Shown here piece by piece: positions 9,477-18,164 of a DNA stretch of 64,000 nt. The notes under the pieces are model-generated. The model saw nothing but the letters and a program-made list of their open reading frames with translations, ran no database searches and was not told where the DNA came from. Both the position numbers and the translations under genes were made by a program. Each line of letters opens with the position of its first letter. Position 1 is the stretch's first letter. Source of the stretch: a virus (Duplodnaviria; Caudoviricetes); IMG/VR virus record IMGVR_UViG_2828058034_000001, positions 2,054 through 66,053 of that record, one strand, 5' to 3'.

Positions 9477-9990
9477 TGACGGCGAAGGACGGTGGCGGCT
9501 ACGACATGAACCATGCGCCCGAGCCGGTGATCGAACCGACATGGATGACCTGACCGCACTGGAGACCTGGGCCGCACCGCTGCTGGCGCGCCTGCAGGAT
9601 GGTGAGCGGCGCAAGCTGGCACGCAAGATCGGCACCGCGTTGCGGCGCTCGCAGAGCCAGCGCATCGGCAAGCAGCAAGGACCCGAAGGCACACCGTATG
9701 CGCCGCGCAAGGAACAGCTGCGGGATAAGTCTGGCAGAGTCAGACGCAAGAAGATGTTTGCAAAGCTGCGGCAAGCCAAGTACTTCAAGGTCAGCGCCAG
9801 CCCTGACCAAGTGAGCATGGGATTCATGGGGTGCGTATCGCGCATTGGCCGCGTGCACCAAGAGGGACGGACCGAACAGGTGAGGCCCGGCGGACCACGA
9901 GCACGATACGGCGCGCGTGTGTTGTTGGGTTTTTCCCAGGACCATCGACAACTAGTGCAGGACCTGTTGCTGAATCAGCTCAGCGGATAG
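9477..9990 (+). repeat. Direct repeat copy 2 (3' end of gpR + gpS)
   Basis: tgacggcgaaggacgg...atggatgacctgaccgcactggagacctgg matches 7287 onward. Confidence 0.95.
9541..9990 (+). CDS. Virion morphogenesis protein gpS (copy 2, intact frame)
   Basis: MDDLTALETWAAPLLARLQ identical to copy 1; divergent C-terminus. Confidence 0.88.
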   Translation: MDDLTALETWAAPLLARLQDGERRKLARKIGTALRRSQSQRIGKQQGPEGTPYAPRKEQLRDKSGRVRRKKMFAKLRQAKYFKVSASPDQVSMGFMGCVSRIGRVHQEGRTEQVRPGGPRARYGARVLLGFSQDHRQLVQDLLLNQLSG

Positions 9991-10073
9991 CCATCTTGAG
10001 ATACCGTCGCGGTGCAAACAATACGGTCGTTTGATTGATTCCGCGATAGCCAGCACATTCATCAATGAAATTT

Positions 10074-10102
10074 TTGACGCCGCAGAGAAGAGCGAATAGC
10101 GT
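10074..10102 (+). promoter_or_regulatory. Candidate sigma70 promoter for cargo gene
   Basis: TTGACG-17 bp-TAGCGT upstream of 10144. Confidence 0.5.
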
Positions 10103-10143
10103 ATCACTGCCCCCAACGGATGGATCAGCAGAGACGCGGCCAA

Positions 10144-11064
10144 ATGAGCGAACAGTATTTATATCTGCTACCCAACAAGGAAGGGACTGCCTTCAAGATT
10201 GGAGTTGCATTCCATCCCATGATCCGCAGCACCCGTCTTCCTCAAGCCATTGACCACGAGAAAAGTTTTCAGGTCCCTATGACTTCAGGATCTGCCCTCA
10301 AGGTCGAGAAGGTCTTGCATATCCTCTTCAAAGACAATTCTTTTCCGATGCCTCATGGCGCAGGTTACACAGAGTGGTTCGCGATTGAAGCACTTGACGA
10401 TGTGTTGAAATTCCTCGAAGACCAGAGGAGCCGCCTTGGTGTAGGCGCACCTGAGCGCATCCCGGTTAGGATAGAACGGCCCACCCAAACAAAGGCACAA
10501 GATTATTCGCTGGATGAAAGGCGGCAACTGCGCCGTGAAGCTGCCGAACAAAGGTTCTTCAAAAGAAGAGAGCTGGCGATCGAGATCAACCGCGAAGCGA
10601 TTCAAGTTTTCAAGAAAGTAATAGGCGAATGGGTAGAGGAAGACGCCATCATTGGCACCTTGATTGATACGAATTCCGAGCGTTCCCACGCATACATTTA
10701 TCTAGAATCTAATTCCGAAAAAGCATCTGCGTGGGCACATACGCTCATTTCAAATGGACTGATCATAGAAGGCCGCAAATCATCCGGGCAAGTAAACTTT
10801 TGCACTGGTGTTTTCCACGAACCCAAAATGGGACTCTCAGAACTAAACTTTTCTGCAGATATGTTCACACCCTGTGATTTTTCTGAGGATGATATTCCCG
10901 GGTTAGAAGATTTGAGGCGTCTCGTAGACTTGCATTTACCAGTAGCCAGCGGAGATTCAAGGGATACGCTCCTGAAGATCAGGGGTAATTTCAAAATTCT
11001 TAGAGAAAAATTTCGCGAAGAATTCTGGGAAGAGTGGAGGAAGGGATCGGGCGGCGTTTGGTAG
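10144..11064 (+). CDS. T5orf172/GIY-YIG-like nuclease domain protein with unknown C-terminal domain (cargo)
   Basis: YLYLL...FKIG...R...VEKVLHILF...GYTEWF motif set; AT-rich. Confidence 0.75.
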   Translation: MSEQYLYLLPNKEGTAFKIGVAFHPMIRSTRLPQAIDHEKSFQVPMTSGSALKVEKVLHILFKDNSFPMPHGAGYTEWFAIEALDDVLKFLEDQRSRLGVGAPERIPVRIERPTQTKAQDYSLDERRQLRREAAEQRFFKRRELAIEINREAIQVFKKVIGEWVEEDAIIGTLIDTNSERSHAYIYLESNSEKASAWAHTLISNGLIIEGRKSSGQVNFCTGVFHEPKMGLSELNFSADMFTPCDFSEDDIPGLEDLRRLVDLHLPVASGDSRDTLLKIRGNFKILREKFREEFWEEWRKGSGGVW

Positions 11065-11146
11065 CATTTGAGCCAGCGTCGTAGGCGCCAGGCAATCGGG
11101 CACGGTAAGATCATAGTTATTACTTCGGTGATACGTTCGCCCCAGA

Positions 11147-11165
11147 TGTATCAGTCAGTTTTACA
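11147..11165 (+). promoter_or_regulatory. Candidate late-activator site upstream of gpJ
   Basis: TGTAtcagtcagttTTACA, same spacing as 1686 and 15417. Confidence 0.5.
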
Positions 11166-11233
11166 AAGCAAATTCATTGGCTCGATCACGAGAACCAGCG
11201 ACCCTGATCTGGTCCTCTCTTTCTTTCCGAGCA

Positions 11234-12124
11234 ATGGCATCTTTTACCGCAGTCGATCTATCAAAGCTGCAGGCGCCAGACCTGATCGAGGCTTTGGATT
11301 TTGAGACGATCTTCGCTGAGGCCTTTGCCCAGTTCCGCCGGCTCATGCCTGAGTTCTCGGCACTCACTGAAGCAGACCCGGTCTACAAGCTCCTGCAGCT
11401 GTTCGCAGCCCGCGAGCTGCTGATTCGCCAGCGCGCCAACGACAAGGCGCAGCAGACCATGTTGGCCTTCGCCACCGGCACCAACCTCGATCACCTGGGC
11501 GCACTATTCGGTGTCGCCCGCCTGGTGCTCGATCCGGGGCTGCCGGAGAACGGCATTGCACAGACCCATGAGTCGGACGTGGACTTCCGACGCCGGATAC
11601 AGCTGGCGCCGGAGGGCTTCAGCGTTGCTGGCCCCGAGGGCGCGTACATCTATCACGCGCTGAGCGCAGCGGCCGATGTCATGGACGCCAGTGCCACCAG
11701 CCCCGCACCCGGGCAAGTGCTGGTAACTGTCCAGTCGCGCACCGGCGATGGCACGGCTCCACAGGCGTTGTTGGACCAGGTCGCTTCGATTCTCACCAAC
11801 GATGACGTGCGCCCGCTGACCGACAGTGTCACGGTCCAGAGCGCCCAGGTCGTCCCGTATGCCATCCGTGGGCGCGTCTACACCTATGCCGGCCCTGACT
11901 CGGCAGTGGTCATGCGTGAGGCGCTGCGCAGCCTGCGGGCCTATCTTGCCGAGGCACACCGCATCGGCCGCGACGTTCCTGAATCCGCCATCAAGGCCAA
12001 GCTGTTCGCCGATGGTGTGCAGCGCATCGAACTGGACTCGCCTGCAGCGGACATCCGGATCAGCCGCACGCAGGCTGCGTACTGCACCTCGATCGACATC
12101 GTGCACGCCGGCATCGATGAGTAG
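11234..12124 (+). CDS. Baseplate protein gpJ
   Basis: VDLSKLQAPDLIE, LAFATGTNLDHLGA, FSVAGPEGAY. Confidence 0.95.
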   Translation: MASFTAVDLSKLQAPDLIEALDFETIFAEAFAQFRRLMPEFSALTEADPVYKLLQLFAARELLIRQRANDKAQQTMLAFATGTNLDHLGALFGVARLVLDPGLPENGIAQTHESDVDFRRRIQLAPEGFSVAGPEGAYIYHALSAAADVMDASATSPAPGQVLVTVQSRTGDGTAPQALLDQVASILTNDDVRPLTDSVTVQSAQVVPYAIRGRVYTYAGPDSAVVMREALRSLRAYLAEAHRIGRDVPESAIKAKLFADGVQRIELDSPAADIRISRTQAAYCTSIDIVHAGIDE

Positions 12125-12662
12125 TTCCCCGCTGCCACCCAATGCAACACCGATGGAACGCGCCCTGGCCGCCGTCACGCAGCGCCTGGAAGCAATCCCG
12201 TTGCCGTACCCAGACCTGTGGAATCCAGACACTTGCCCAGCCGGCCATCTGCCTTGGCTGGCGTGGACGCTTTCAGTCGACGACTGGAAGGCCGACTGGA
12301 GCGATGCGGTCAAGCGCTCGCGCTTGCGTAGCGCCATGGCGATCCAGCGACGCAAGGGAACAGCCAACAGCGTGCGCATGGTCGTCGAGTCGTTCGGCGG
12401 TGCGGTCGCCATCCGCGAGTGGTGGCAGACCGAGCCGCGCGGCCAGCCGCACACCTTCGAGCTGGCGCTAACGCTGACCGGTGCCGATGGACAAAGCGCC
12501 AGCGCCCGGTTCGTAGAGGAAGTCATCGCCGAGGTCGAGCGCACCAAGCCCGTGCGCTCGCATTTCAGCTTCACCCAAGGATTCCAGGCCGAAGCCCGAC
12601 TCAACGTCGTGGCGCGCGGCAGAACCACCTTGTTCCTGCGCCTGCAGTGCAAGGCGAGCTAG
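12117..12662 (+). CDS. Baseplate/tail protein gpI
   Basis: LPPNATPMERALA, LWNPDTCP..HLPWLAW..SVD, RKGT. Confidence 0.94.
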   Translation: MSSSPLPPNATPMERALAAVTQRLEAIPLPYPDLWNPDTCPAGHLPWLAWTLSVDDWKADWSDAVKRSRLRSAMAIQRRKGTANSVRMVVESFGGAVAIREWWQTEPRGQPHTFELALTLTGADGQSASARFVEEVIAEVERTKPVRSHFSFTQGFQAEARLNVVARGRTTLFLRLQCKAS

Positions 12663-12671
12663 AGAGCACAC

Positions 12672-14177
12672 ATGCCCGGACTCAAACTCAAGATCACCAC
12701 CGCCGGCCGCCAAGCGTTGGTCAATGCCAAGCAGACCGGCACACAGGCGGTGACCATCGCCGCCGTCGGTTTGACCAGCGCAGCGTTCGTGGCCGATGCC
12801 GAGCTCAAGGCGCTGCCGTCCGAGATCAAGCGCCTGACCACCATCGGCGGGTCGGTCACCGCCAAGGACACGATCCACGTGTCGGTGCGCGACGAATCCA
12901 ATGGCGTATACAGCTGCTACGGGTTCGGCCTTTACCTGGCCGATGGCACGCTGTTCGCCGCCTATGGTCAGCCCGCGTTGCTGGTGGAGAAGTCTGGCGC
13001 CGCCTCGGTGCTACTGGCGATTGACGTGGTGCTGGCCGACGTAGATACCGCACAGATCACGTTCGGCGATACCAACTTCACCGACCCAGCGGCAACCGTC
13101 GACGTGCCGGGCGTGGTTCGCCTGGCCACCGACGCCCAGGCCATCGCGGGCATCGACCGGGAGCGGGCGGTGTCGCCCGCCAACTTGCTTGCGTCACTGG
13201 ACCAGCGGCTGGGCGAAATGGGGCCGACCGAATTCATCAAGGAGCTGCTGTCGCGCCCCACGGCGGCGACTGCCCGCAGCCTCCTGGGCATTCGCACGGC
13301 TGCACTCAGCGACGCCGGTCACGGCAATGGCCTGGATGCGGACACACTGGATGGCCGCCAGGGCGAGTGGTACCGCGATTTCCGCAACATGCTCAACGTG
13401 CCGCAGTCGTTCCTGCTGCCTGGCCAGATCGTCGTCATGGCATCGCTGTACCCGCCCAATGGCCTGCTGGTCTGCGATGGTGCTGCGATCTCACGCGCCA
13501 AGTACCCTGCCCTGTTTGCCGCCATTGGCACGGTGTACGGTGCGGGTGACGGCAGCACCACCTTCAACGTGCCCAAGATCAAGGACGGCACAGTCATCAC
13601 CCATACCAGCGTGGCGACGGCGGTGGGTTCGTACGGCGCCGGCCAGGTCATCTCTCATGCGCATGGCGCCACTGCAGCCGCCGTGGGCGACCACGCGCAC
13701 TACACAGCGCTCGGCGCAGCCGGTATTCACGCACACGGTGCCAGCAGTAACCCAGCTGGCGACCATGCCCATGGCGCGTGGACCGATACGCAGGGCTGGC
13801 ACGGCCACAGCGGCAGCACCAGCGCCTCCGGCGACCACCAGCACCCGGGCGTGATCCCATCAGGCGCCGTGAACGGATACGGCGTTTTCCGCGAGCGCGA
13901 CAACGATGCGGCACCTTCAGATGGATGGACAGGTGCCGGCGGCAACCACGCCCACAGCTTCGGGACGGATGGCGCGGGCAACCACGCACACAACATCGGC
14001 ATGAACGGCTCCGGCAACCACACTCACGGCATCGGCATCGCCGAGGGCGGCAATCACGTCCACGTGGTGGACCACCGCGGCGCCGGCGCCCACGACCACG
14101 CCATTACCGTCAATACCGCCGGCGGCGAAGACAACCTGCCGGCCGGTCTGCGCATGACCTACTGCATCGCTTATTGA
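12672..14177 (+). CDS. Tail fibre protein gpH with collar domain and HxH repeats
   Basis: P2 gpH N-terminus, GEMGP/NGLDADTLDG, collar PNGLLVCDGAAISRAKYPALFAAIG, 11 HxH motifs. Confidence 0.92.
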   Translation: MPGLKLKITTAGRQALVNAKQTGTQAVTIAAVGLTSAAFVADAELKALPSEIKRLTTIGGSVTAKDTIHVSVRDESNGVYSCYGFGLYLADGTLFAAYGQPALLVEKSGAASVLLAIDVVLADVDTAQITFGDTNFTDPAATVDVPGVVRLATDAQAIAGIDRERAVSPANLLASLDQRLGEMGPTEFIKELLSRPTAATARSLLGIRTAALSDAGHGNGLDADTLDGRQGEWYRDFRNMLNVPQSFLLPGQIVVMASLYPPNGLLVCDGAAISRAKYPALFAAIGTVYGAGDGSTTFNVPKIKDGTVITHTSVATAVGSYGAGQVISHAHGATAAAVGDHAHYTALGAAGIHAHGASSNPAGDHAHGAWTDTQGWHGHSGSTSASGDHQHPGVIPSGAVNGYGVFRERDNDAAPSDGWTGAGGNHAHSFGTDGAGNHAHNIGMNGSGNHTHGIGIAEGGNHVHVVDHRGAGAHDHAITVNTAGGEDNLPAGLRMTYCIAY

Positions 14178-14186
14178 GGACTCACC

Positions 14187-14726
14187 ATGACCGCAATGCT
14201 CCCACGCACCAACATCGCTTACGCCTTTGATCCCAACACCGGTGAATTCACCGGACCGGTGGTCGTCTATCTCTCTGAGCTGGAAGGCCGCTACCCGCTG
14301 CCGCCCAACACGGTGTCCACCACGCCGGCACCGCCTGCAGGTCTGTACCAGCGTCATCGCCTATCGTCAGCCAAGGGAGCGTGGGAGGTGGTTCCGGACT
14401 ACCGGGGCGTAATGCTCTACAGCACCGACACCGCCGCCCCCGTCGCCAACACGTTGGCATTGGGCGATGCTCTGCCGCTGGGATGCACAACCTCGCAGCC
14501 GATCGCCTTTCTTCCCGGCGATTTCCGCCGCAACGTGTGGGACGATGTACGTGCCAGCTGGCGCGCAGATCCCGATTACAGCGCAGTGTTGGTGTGGGAG
14601 AAAGCCACTGGCGCGATCGCAGCGCGCCTGGCCGCGGGCATCGAATTGCCCGGGCAGCTGACTACTGTGGCGCCTCCGATGGTGACCGATGGCACACCGG
14701 TGTGGGATGAGGAGGCACAGGCCTAG
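14187..14726 (+). CDS. Tail fibre assembly chaperone (possibly shortened by TAG)
   Basis: AYAFDPNTGEFTG, WEVVPDYRG; follows fibre gene. Confidence 0.8.
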   Translation: MTAMLPRTNIAYAFDPNTGEFTGPVVVYLSELEGRYPLPPNTVSTTPAPPAGLYQRHRLSSAKGAWEVVPDYRGVMLYSTDTAAPVANTLALGDALPLGCTTSQPIAFLPGDFRRNVWDDVRASWRADPDYSAVLVWEKATGAIAARLAAGIELPGQLTTVAPPMVTDGTPVWDEEAQA

Positions 14727-14774
14727 TCGGCACTTTCACTCACGCCTGATGACACGACTGGCTAACCGCTCTCC

Positions 14775-15344
14775 CTACTTCCCATACACGGTGCAAGCAG
14801 CCCAGCGAATCTGCACTCCACCTTTTGATTTGAAATGCTCGCATATCGCATGAAGCGTGCGCGGATTTTTCGATAGGACAGTGTAGGAAGTGTCCTTAGG
14901 CTTATCGATTACTGAAAAACCTGGCTCATTGTAGGCAAACAAGGTGAAGTTTGGACATTTCTCACCCTGAGCATACACCCAGCGCGTTTTAGCATTAACA
15001 CTTACATCCCCATCCGGATCAGTGTCGTACTCACCTGCTTTTTTATCCCACAAAATGGGCAAACGTGCTGGCAAAAGATCATTGGAAGCAATTGCAATCC
15101 CATGTGCATCATCCAATCCGACACCTACCCCCTGATATATGACGATCTGGATATCTTTTGGAACCACGAACTCGCCATAGACGCCTCCACTCTTCACCCA
15201 TTCCCCATGCCCCTCGCAGACCACAACATCCCATCCTTGTGGAACTGCGGGACGAGTCAAGCGTGAGCTCACTCTTAGTGGCTTTTTATCATCCCCGTTA
15301 GGCGGATTAAAACCGCCCTTTCCGTAAACTGCTGACATTTCCAA
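14775..15344 (-). CDS. Stv-like domain protein (cargo, opposite strand)
   Basis: VVCEGHG...FVVPKDIQIVIY...G..L...; C-terminal RWAAC; AT-rich, antisense to tail operon. Confidence 0.6.
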   Translation of the reverse strand: MEMSAVYGKGGFNPPNGDDKKPLRVSSRLTRPAVPQGWDVVVCEGHGEWVKSGGVYGEFVVPKDIQIVIYQGVGVGLDDAHGIAIASNDLLPARLPILWDKKAGEYDTDPDGDVSVNAKTRWVYAQGEKCPNFTLFAYNEPGFSVIDKPKDTSYTVLSKNPRTLHAICEHFKSKGGVQIRWAACTVYGK

Positions 15345-15416
15345 ACCCTCCGCATCGACTTTTTATCAAACTAGCTCACCTCTGAACCATCGCCCGACAA
15401 TTTGTCTCACGCTCCG

Positions 15417-15435
15417 GGTAACCCTTAGGCTTACA
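15417..15435 (+). promoter_or_regulatory. Candidate late-activator site upstream of gpV
   Basis: gGTAAcccttaggcTTACA. Confidence 0.55.
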
Positions 15436-15481
15436 AGATACCTGTTGTGACTTGCTCCTCACGGTCACCGACCATGACTGC

Positions 15482-16045
15482 ATGGGCAACGCATCCTCCG
15501 CACTGAGTAACGCCATTCGCCTCGGCACTGTGGCCGAGGTGAATCTGTTCACCGCACGATGCCGCGTGCAGGTCGGCGAGATGCTGACCGACTATCTGCC
15601 TTGGGTTGTCACGCTGGCCGGCACCACGATCATCTGGTCGGCACCGGCAATTGGCGAACAGGTCGTGGTGCTATCGCCGGCCGGCGACCTGGCCGACGGC
15701 CTGGTGCTACGCGGTCTGTACTCAGACCAATTCGCAGCGCCTGCCGCATCTGACACGCTGCACGTGCTGCGCTTTGCCGATGGCGCGCAGATCCACTACG
15801 ACACCGATGCGCACGCGCTGCAGGCCACGCTACCCAGCGGCGGGACCGCGTCCATCACCGCCGATGGCGGCATCACGCTCAACGGTCCGGTGACCGTCAA
15901 CGGCGAGACGACGCTCAACGGCGACACCACGATCGCCGGTACCGCGACTGCGACCACCGATGTCGTGGGCGGCGGAATCAGCCTCAAGAACCACAAGACC
16001 ACCGGCGTAACCGCCGGCAGCGCGCTCAGCGGCGGCCCACAGTGA
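15482..16045 (+). CDS. Baseplate spike gpV
   Basis: IRLGTVAEV, WSAPAIGEQVVVLSPAGD, ISLKNHKT. Confidence 0.94.
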   Translation: MGNASSALSNAIRLGTVAEVNLFTARCRVQVGEMLTDYLPWVVTLAGTTIIWSAPAIGEQVVVLSPAGDLADGLVLRGLYSDQFAAPAASDTLHVLRFADGAQIHYDTDAHALQATLPSGGTASITADGGITLNGPVTVNGETTLNGDTTIAGTATATTDVVGGGISLKNHKTTGVTAGSALSGGPQ

Positions 16046-16401
16046 TCGGCGTCGATGCGACCACCGGCCGAGTGATCGAGGGCGAGCAGCACCTGGCCCA
16101 GTCGATCGCCTGCATCCTCACCACGCCCATCGGCACGCGTGAGCAGCGCCGCGACTTTGGCTCGCTGCTGCCCGAGCTGATCGACCAGCCATTCAACGGC
16201 GCCACCCGCACGCTGCTGTATGGCGCCACCGCCACCGCATTGATGCGCTGGGAGCCGCGCCTGCGCCTGACCCGCGTCGACCTGGTCGTCGGTGATGCGC
16301 CTGGCAGCTTTGTGCTGACGATCGAAGGCGAACGCACCGACGTTGCCCCCGCCAATGCGCGCTCGCGCATGACCATCCCGCTCCGCTTCCGCTCGTCCTG
16401 A
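16042..16401 (+). CDS. Baseplate protein gpW (gp25-like)
   Basis: HLAQSIACILTTPIGTR..RRDFGS, RWEPRL. Confidence 0.94.
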   Translation: MIGVDATTGRVIEGEQHLAQSIACILTTPIGTREQRRDFGSLLPELIDQPFNGATRTLLYGATATALMRWEPRLRLTRVDLVVGDAPGSFVLTIEGERTDVAPANARSRMTIPLRFRSS

Positions 16402-16412
16402 TCGAGGAATCT

Positions 16413-17579
16413 ATGTCCACTGCCTACCACCACGGCGTCCGCGTCATCGAAGTCAGCGCGGGCACGCGCACCATCCGCACCGTCTCCACTGCTGTCGTCG
16501 GCTTGGTCGCCACGGCCTCCGATGCGGACGAGAAAGTATTTCCACTCAACAAGGCGGTGCTGATCACGGATGTGTTGGGTGCGGTCGCCAGCGCCGGCAC
16601 CCAGGGCACCTTGCGCGCCACGCTGCAGGGCAACGCCGACCAGACCAACCCGGTGACCATCGTCGTGCGCGTGGCCGAGGACGCAGATGCGGCCAAGACC
16701 ACCAGCAACGTCATTGGCGAGGCCAAGTCCAGCGGCTACACCGGCCTGTATGCCTTGCTCGCCGCGCAGGCACAGCTGGGCGTGCGCCCGCGCATCCTGG
16801 GCGCGCCTGGCCTGGACACGCTGCCAGTCGCCAAGGCGCTGACCACCATCGCCAAGAAGCTGCGCGCCATGGCCTATGTGCGCCCCGTGGCCGAGACCGT
16901 CGCCGAGGCGGTCACCTACCGTGGGCAGTTCAGTGACCGCGAGCTGATGCTGATCTGGCCGGACTTCCTGGCCTTCGACACCGCAACCAGCACTACGACG
17001 GCCGCGTATGCCACTGCGCGTGCGCTTGGCCTACGCGCCAAGATCGACACCGACCAGGGCTGGCACAAGAGCCTATCCAACGTGCCCGTATCTGGCGTTA
17101 CCGGCATCTCCAAGGATGTGCACTGGGATCTGCAGGACCCGACCACCGACGCCGGCGTCCTCAACGAGGGCGACATCACCACGCTGGTGACCCTCAACGG
17201 GCAACGCTTCTGGGGGTCACGCACGTGTGCAGAAGACGCGATGTTCGCGTTCGAGACGGCCACGCGTACTGCGCAGATCCTGGCCGACACCATCGCCGAG
17301 GGCGTGGCGTTCTACGTCGACAAGCCGATGCATCCCTCGCTGGTCAAAGACTTGATCGAAACGATCAATGCCAAGTTCCGCGACCTGAAGTCGTCCGGCT
17401 ATTTGATCGATGCCAACGCCTGGTACGACGGCACGGTCAATAGCGCCACCACGCTCGCCGATGGCGCGCTGCGTATTGACTACGACTACACGCCGGTACC
17501 GCCGTTGGAGAACCTGCAGCTGTACCAGAAGATCACCACCAGCTACCTGGCGGATTTCGCCGAGCGCGTCAACGCGTAA
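16413..17579 (+). CDS. Tail sheath protein FI
   Basis: YHHGVRVIE, PRILGAPG, GWHKSLSN, FWGSRT, YDYTPVPPLENL. Confidence 0.96.
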   Translation: MSTAYHHGVRVIEVSAGTRTIRTVSTAVVGLVATASDADEKVFPLNKAVLITDVLGAVASAGTQGTLRATLQGNADQTNPVTIVVRVAEDADAAKTTSNVIGEAKSSGYTGLYALLAAQAQLGVRPRILGAPGLDTLPVAKALTTIAKKLRAMAYVRPVAETVAEAVTYRGQFSDRELMLIWPDFLAFDTATSTTTAAYATARALGLRAKIDTDQGWHKSLSNVPVSGVTGISKDVHWDLQDPTTDAGVLNEGDITTLVTLNGQRFWGSRTCAEDAMFAFETATRTAQILADTIAEGVAFYVDKPMHPSLVKDLIETINAKFRDLKSSGYLIDANAWYDGTVNSATTLADGALRIDYDYTPVPPLENLQLYQKITTSYLADFAERVNA

Positions 17580-17609
17580 CGCACCCGCCTTAGATTCCCG
17601 GAGAACCCC

Positions 17610-18119
17610 ATGGCTTTGCCCAAGAAACTCAAAGCGCTCAACCTGTTCAACGACGGTGAAAGCTATCTCGGCCAGGTGGTCGAAGTGAAGCTGCCCACGC
17701 TGTCCCGCAAGATGGAGGAATACCGTGGCGGCGGCATGAATGGACCGGTCGACATCGACTTCGGCCAGGAGAAGATCGATCTCGAATGGAAGTGCGGCGG
17801 CCTAATGCGCAGCGTGCTGAATCAGTACGGCGCCACCACGCACAACGCCGTGCAGCTGCGCTTTGCCGGCTCCTATCAGCGCGATGACAGCGGCGATGTG
17901 GATGCAGTGGAAGTGGTCGTGCGCGGCCGTCACAAGGAGATTGATCCAGGTACCGGCAAGGCCGGCGATGACACCGAGTTTTCGGTCAAGACCTCGGCCA
18001 GCTACTACAAGCTCAGCATCAACGGCGCACCCGTGATCGAGATCGATCTGATGAACATGATCGAGATCGTCAACGGCGTGGATTTGCTCGCCCCGCATCG
18101 CCGCGCCATCGGCGCCTGA
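17610..18119 (+). CDS. Tail tube protein FII
   Basis: MALPKKLK, KMEEYRGGGM, SYYKL. Confidence 0.96.
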   Translation: MALPKKLKALNLFNDGESYLGQVVEVKLPTLSRKMEEYRGGGMNGPVDIDFGQEKIDLEWKCGGLMRSVLNQYGATTHNAVQLRFAGSYQRDDSGDVDAVEVVVRGRHKEIDPGTGKAGDDTEFSVKTSASYYKLSINGAPVIEIDLMNMIEIVNGVDLLAPHRRAIGA

Positions 18120-18164
18120 CCCTCCCGGCCTGGCGCCGCCAGGCCTCCACCCTGAGACCTCCCG

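Noticed and set aside
12672-15480. Invertible tail-fibre cassette or diversity-generating retroelement
   Set aside because: No invertase, reverse transcriptase, inverted crossover sites or template/variable repeat pair seen
15345-15480. HrpX PIP box upstream of the Stv-like gene
   Set aside because: No TTCGB-N15-TTCGB on the coding strand, so type III regulation is unsupported
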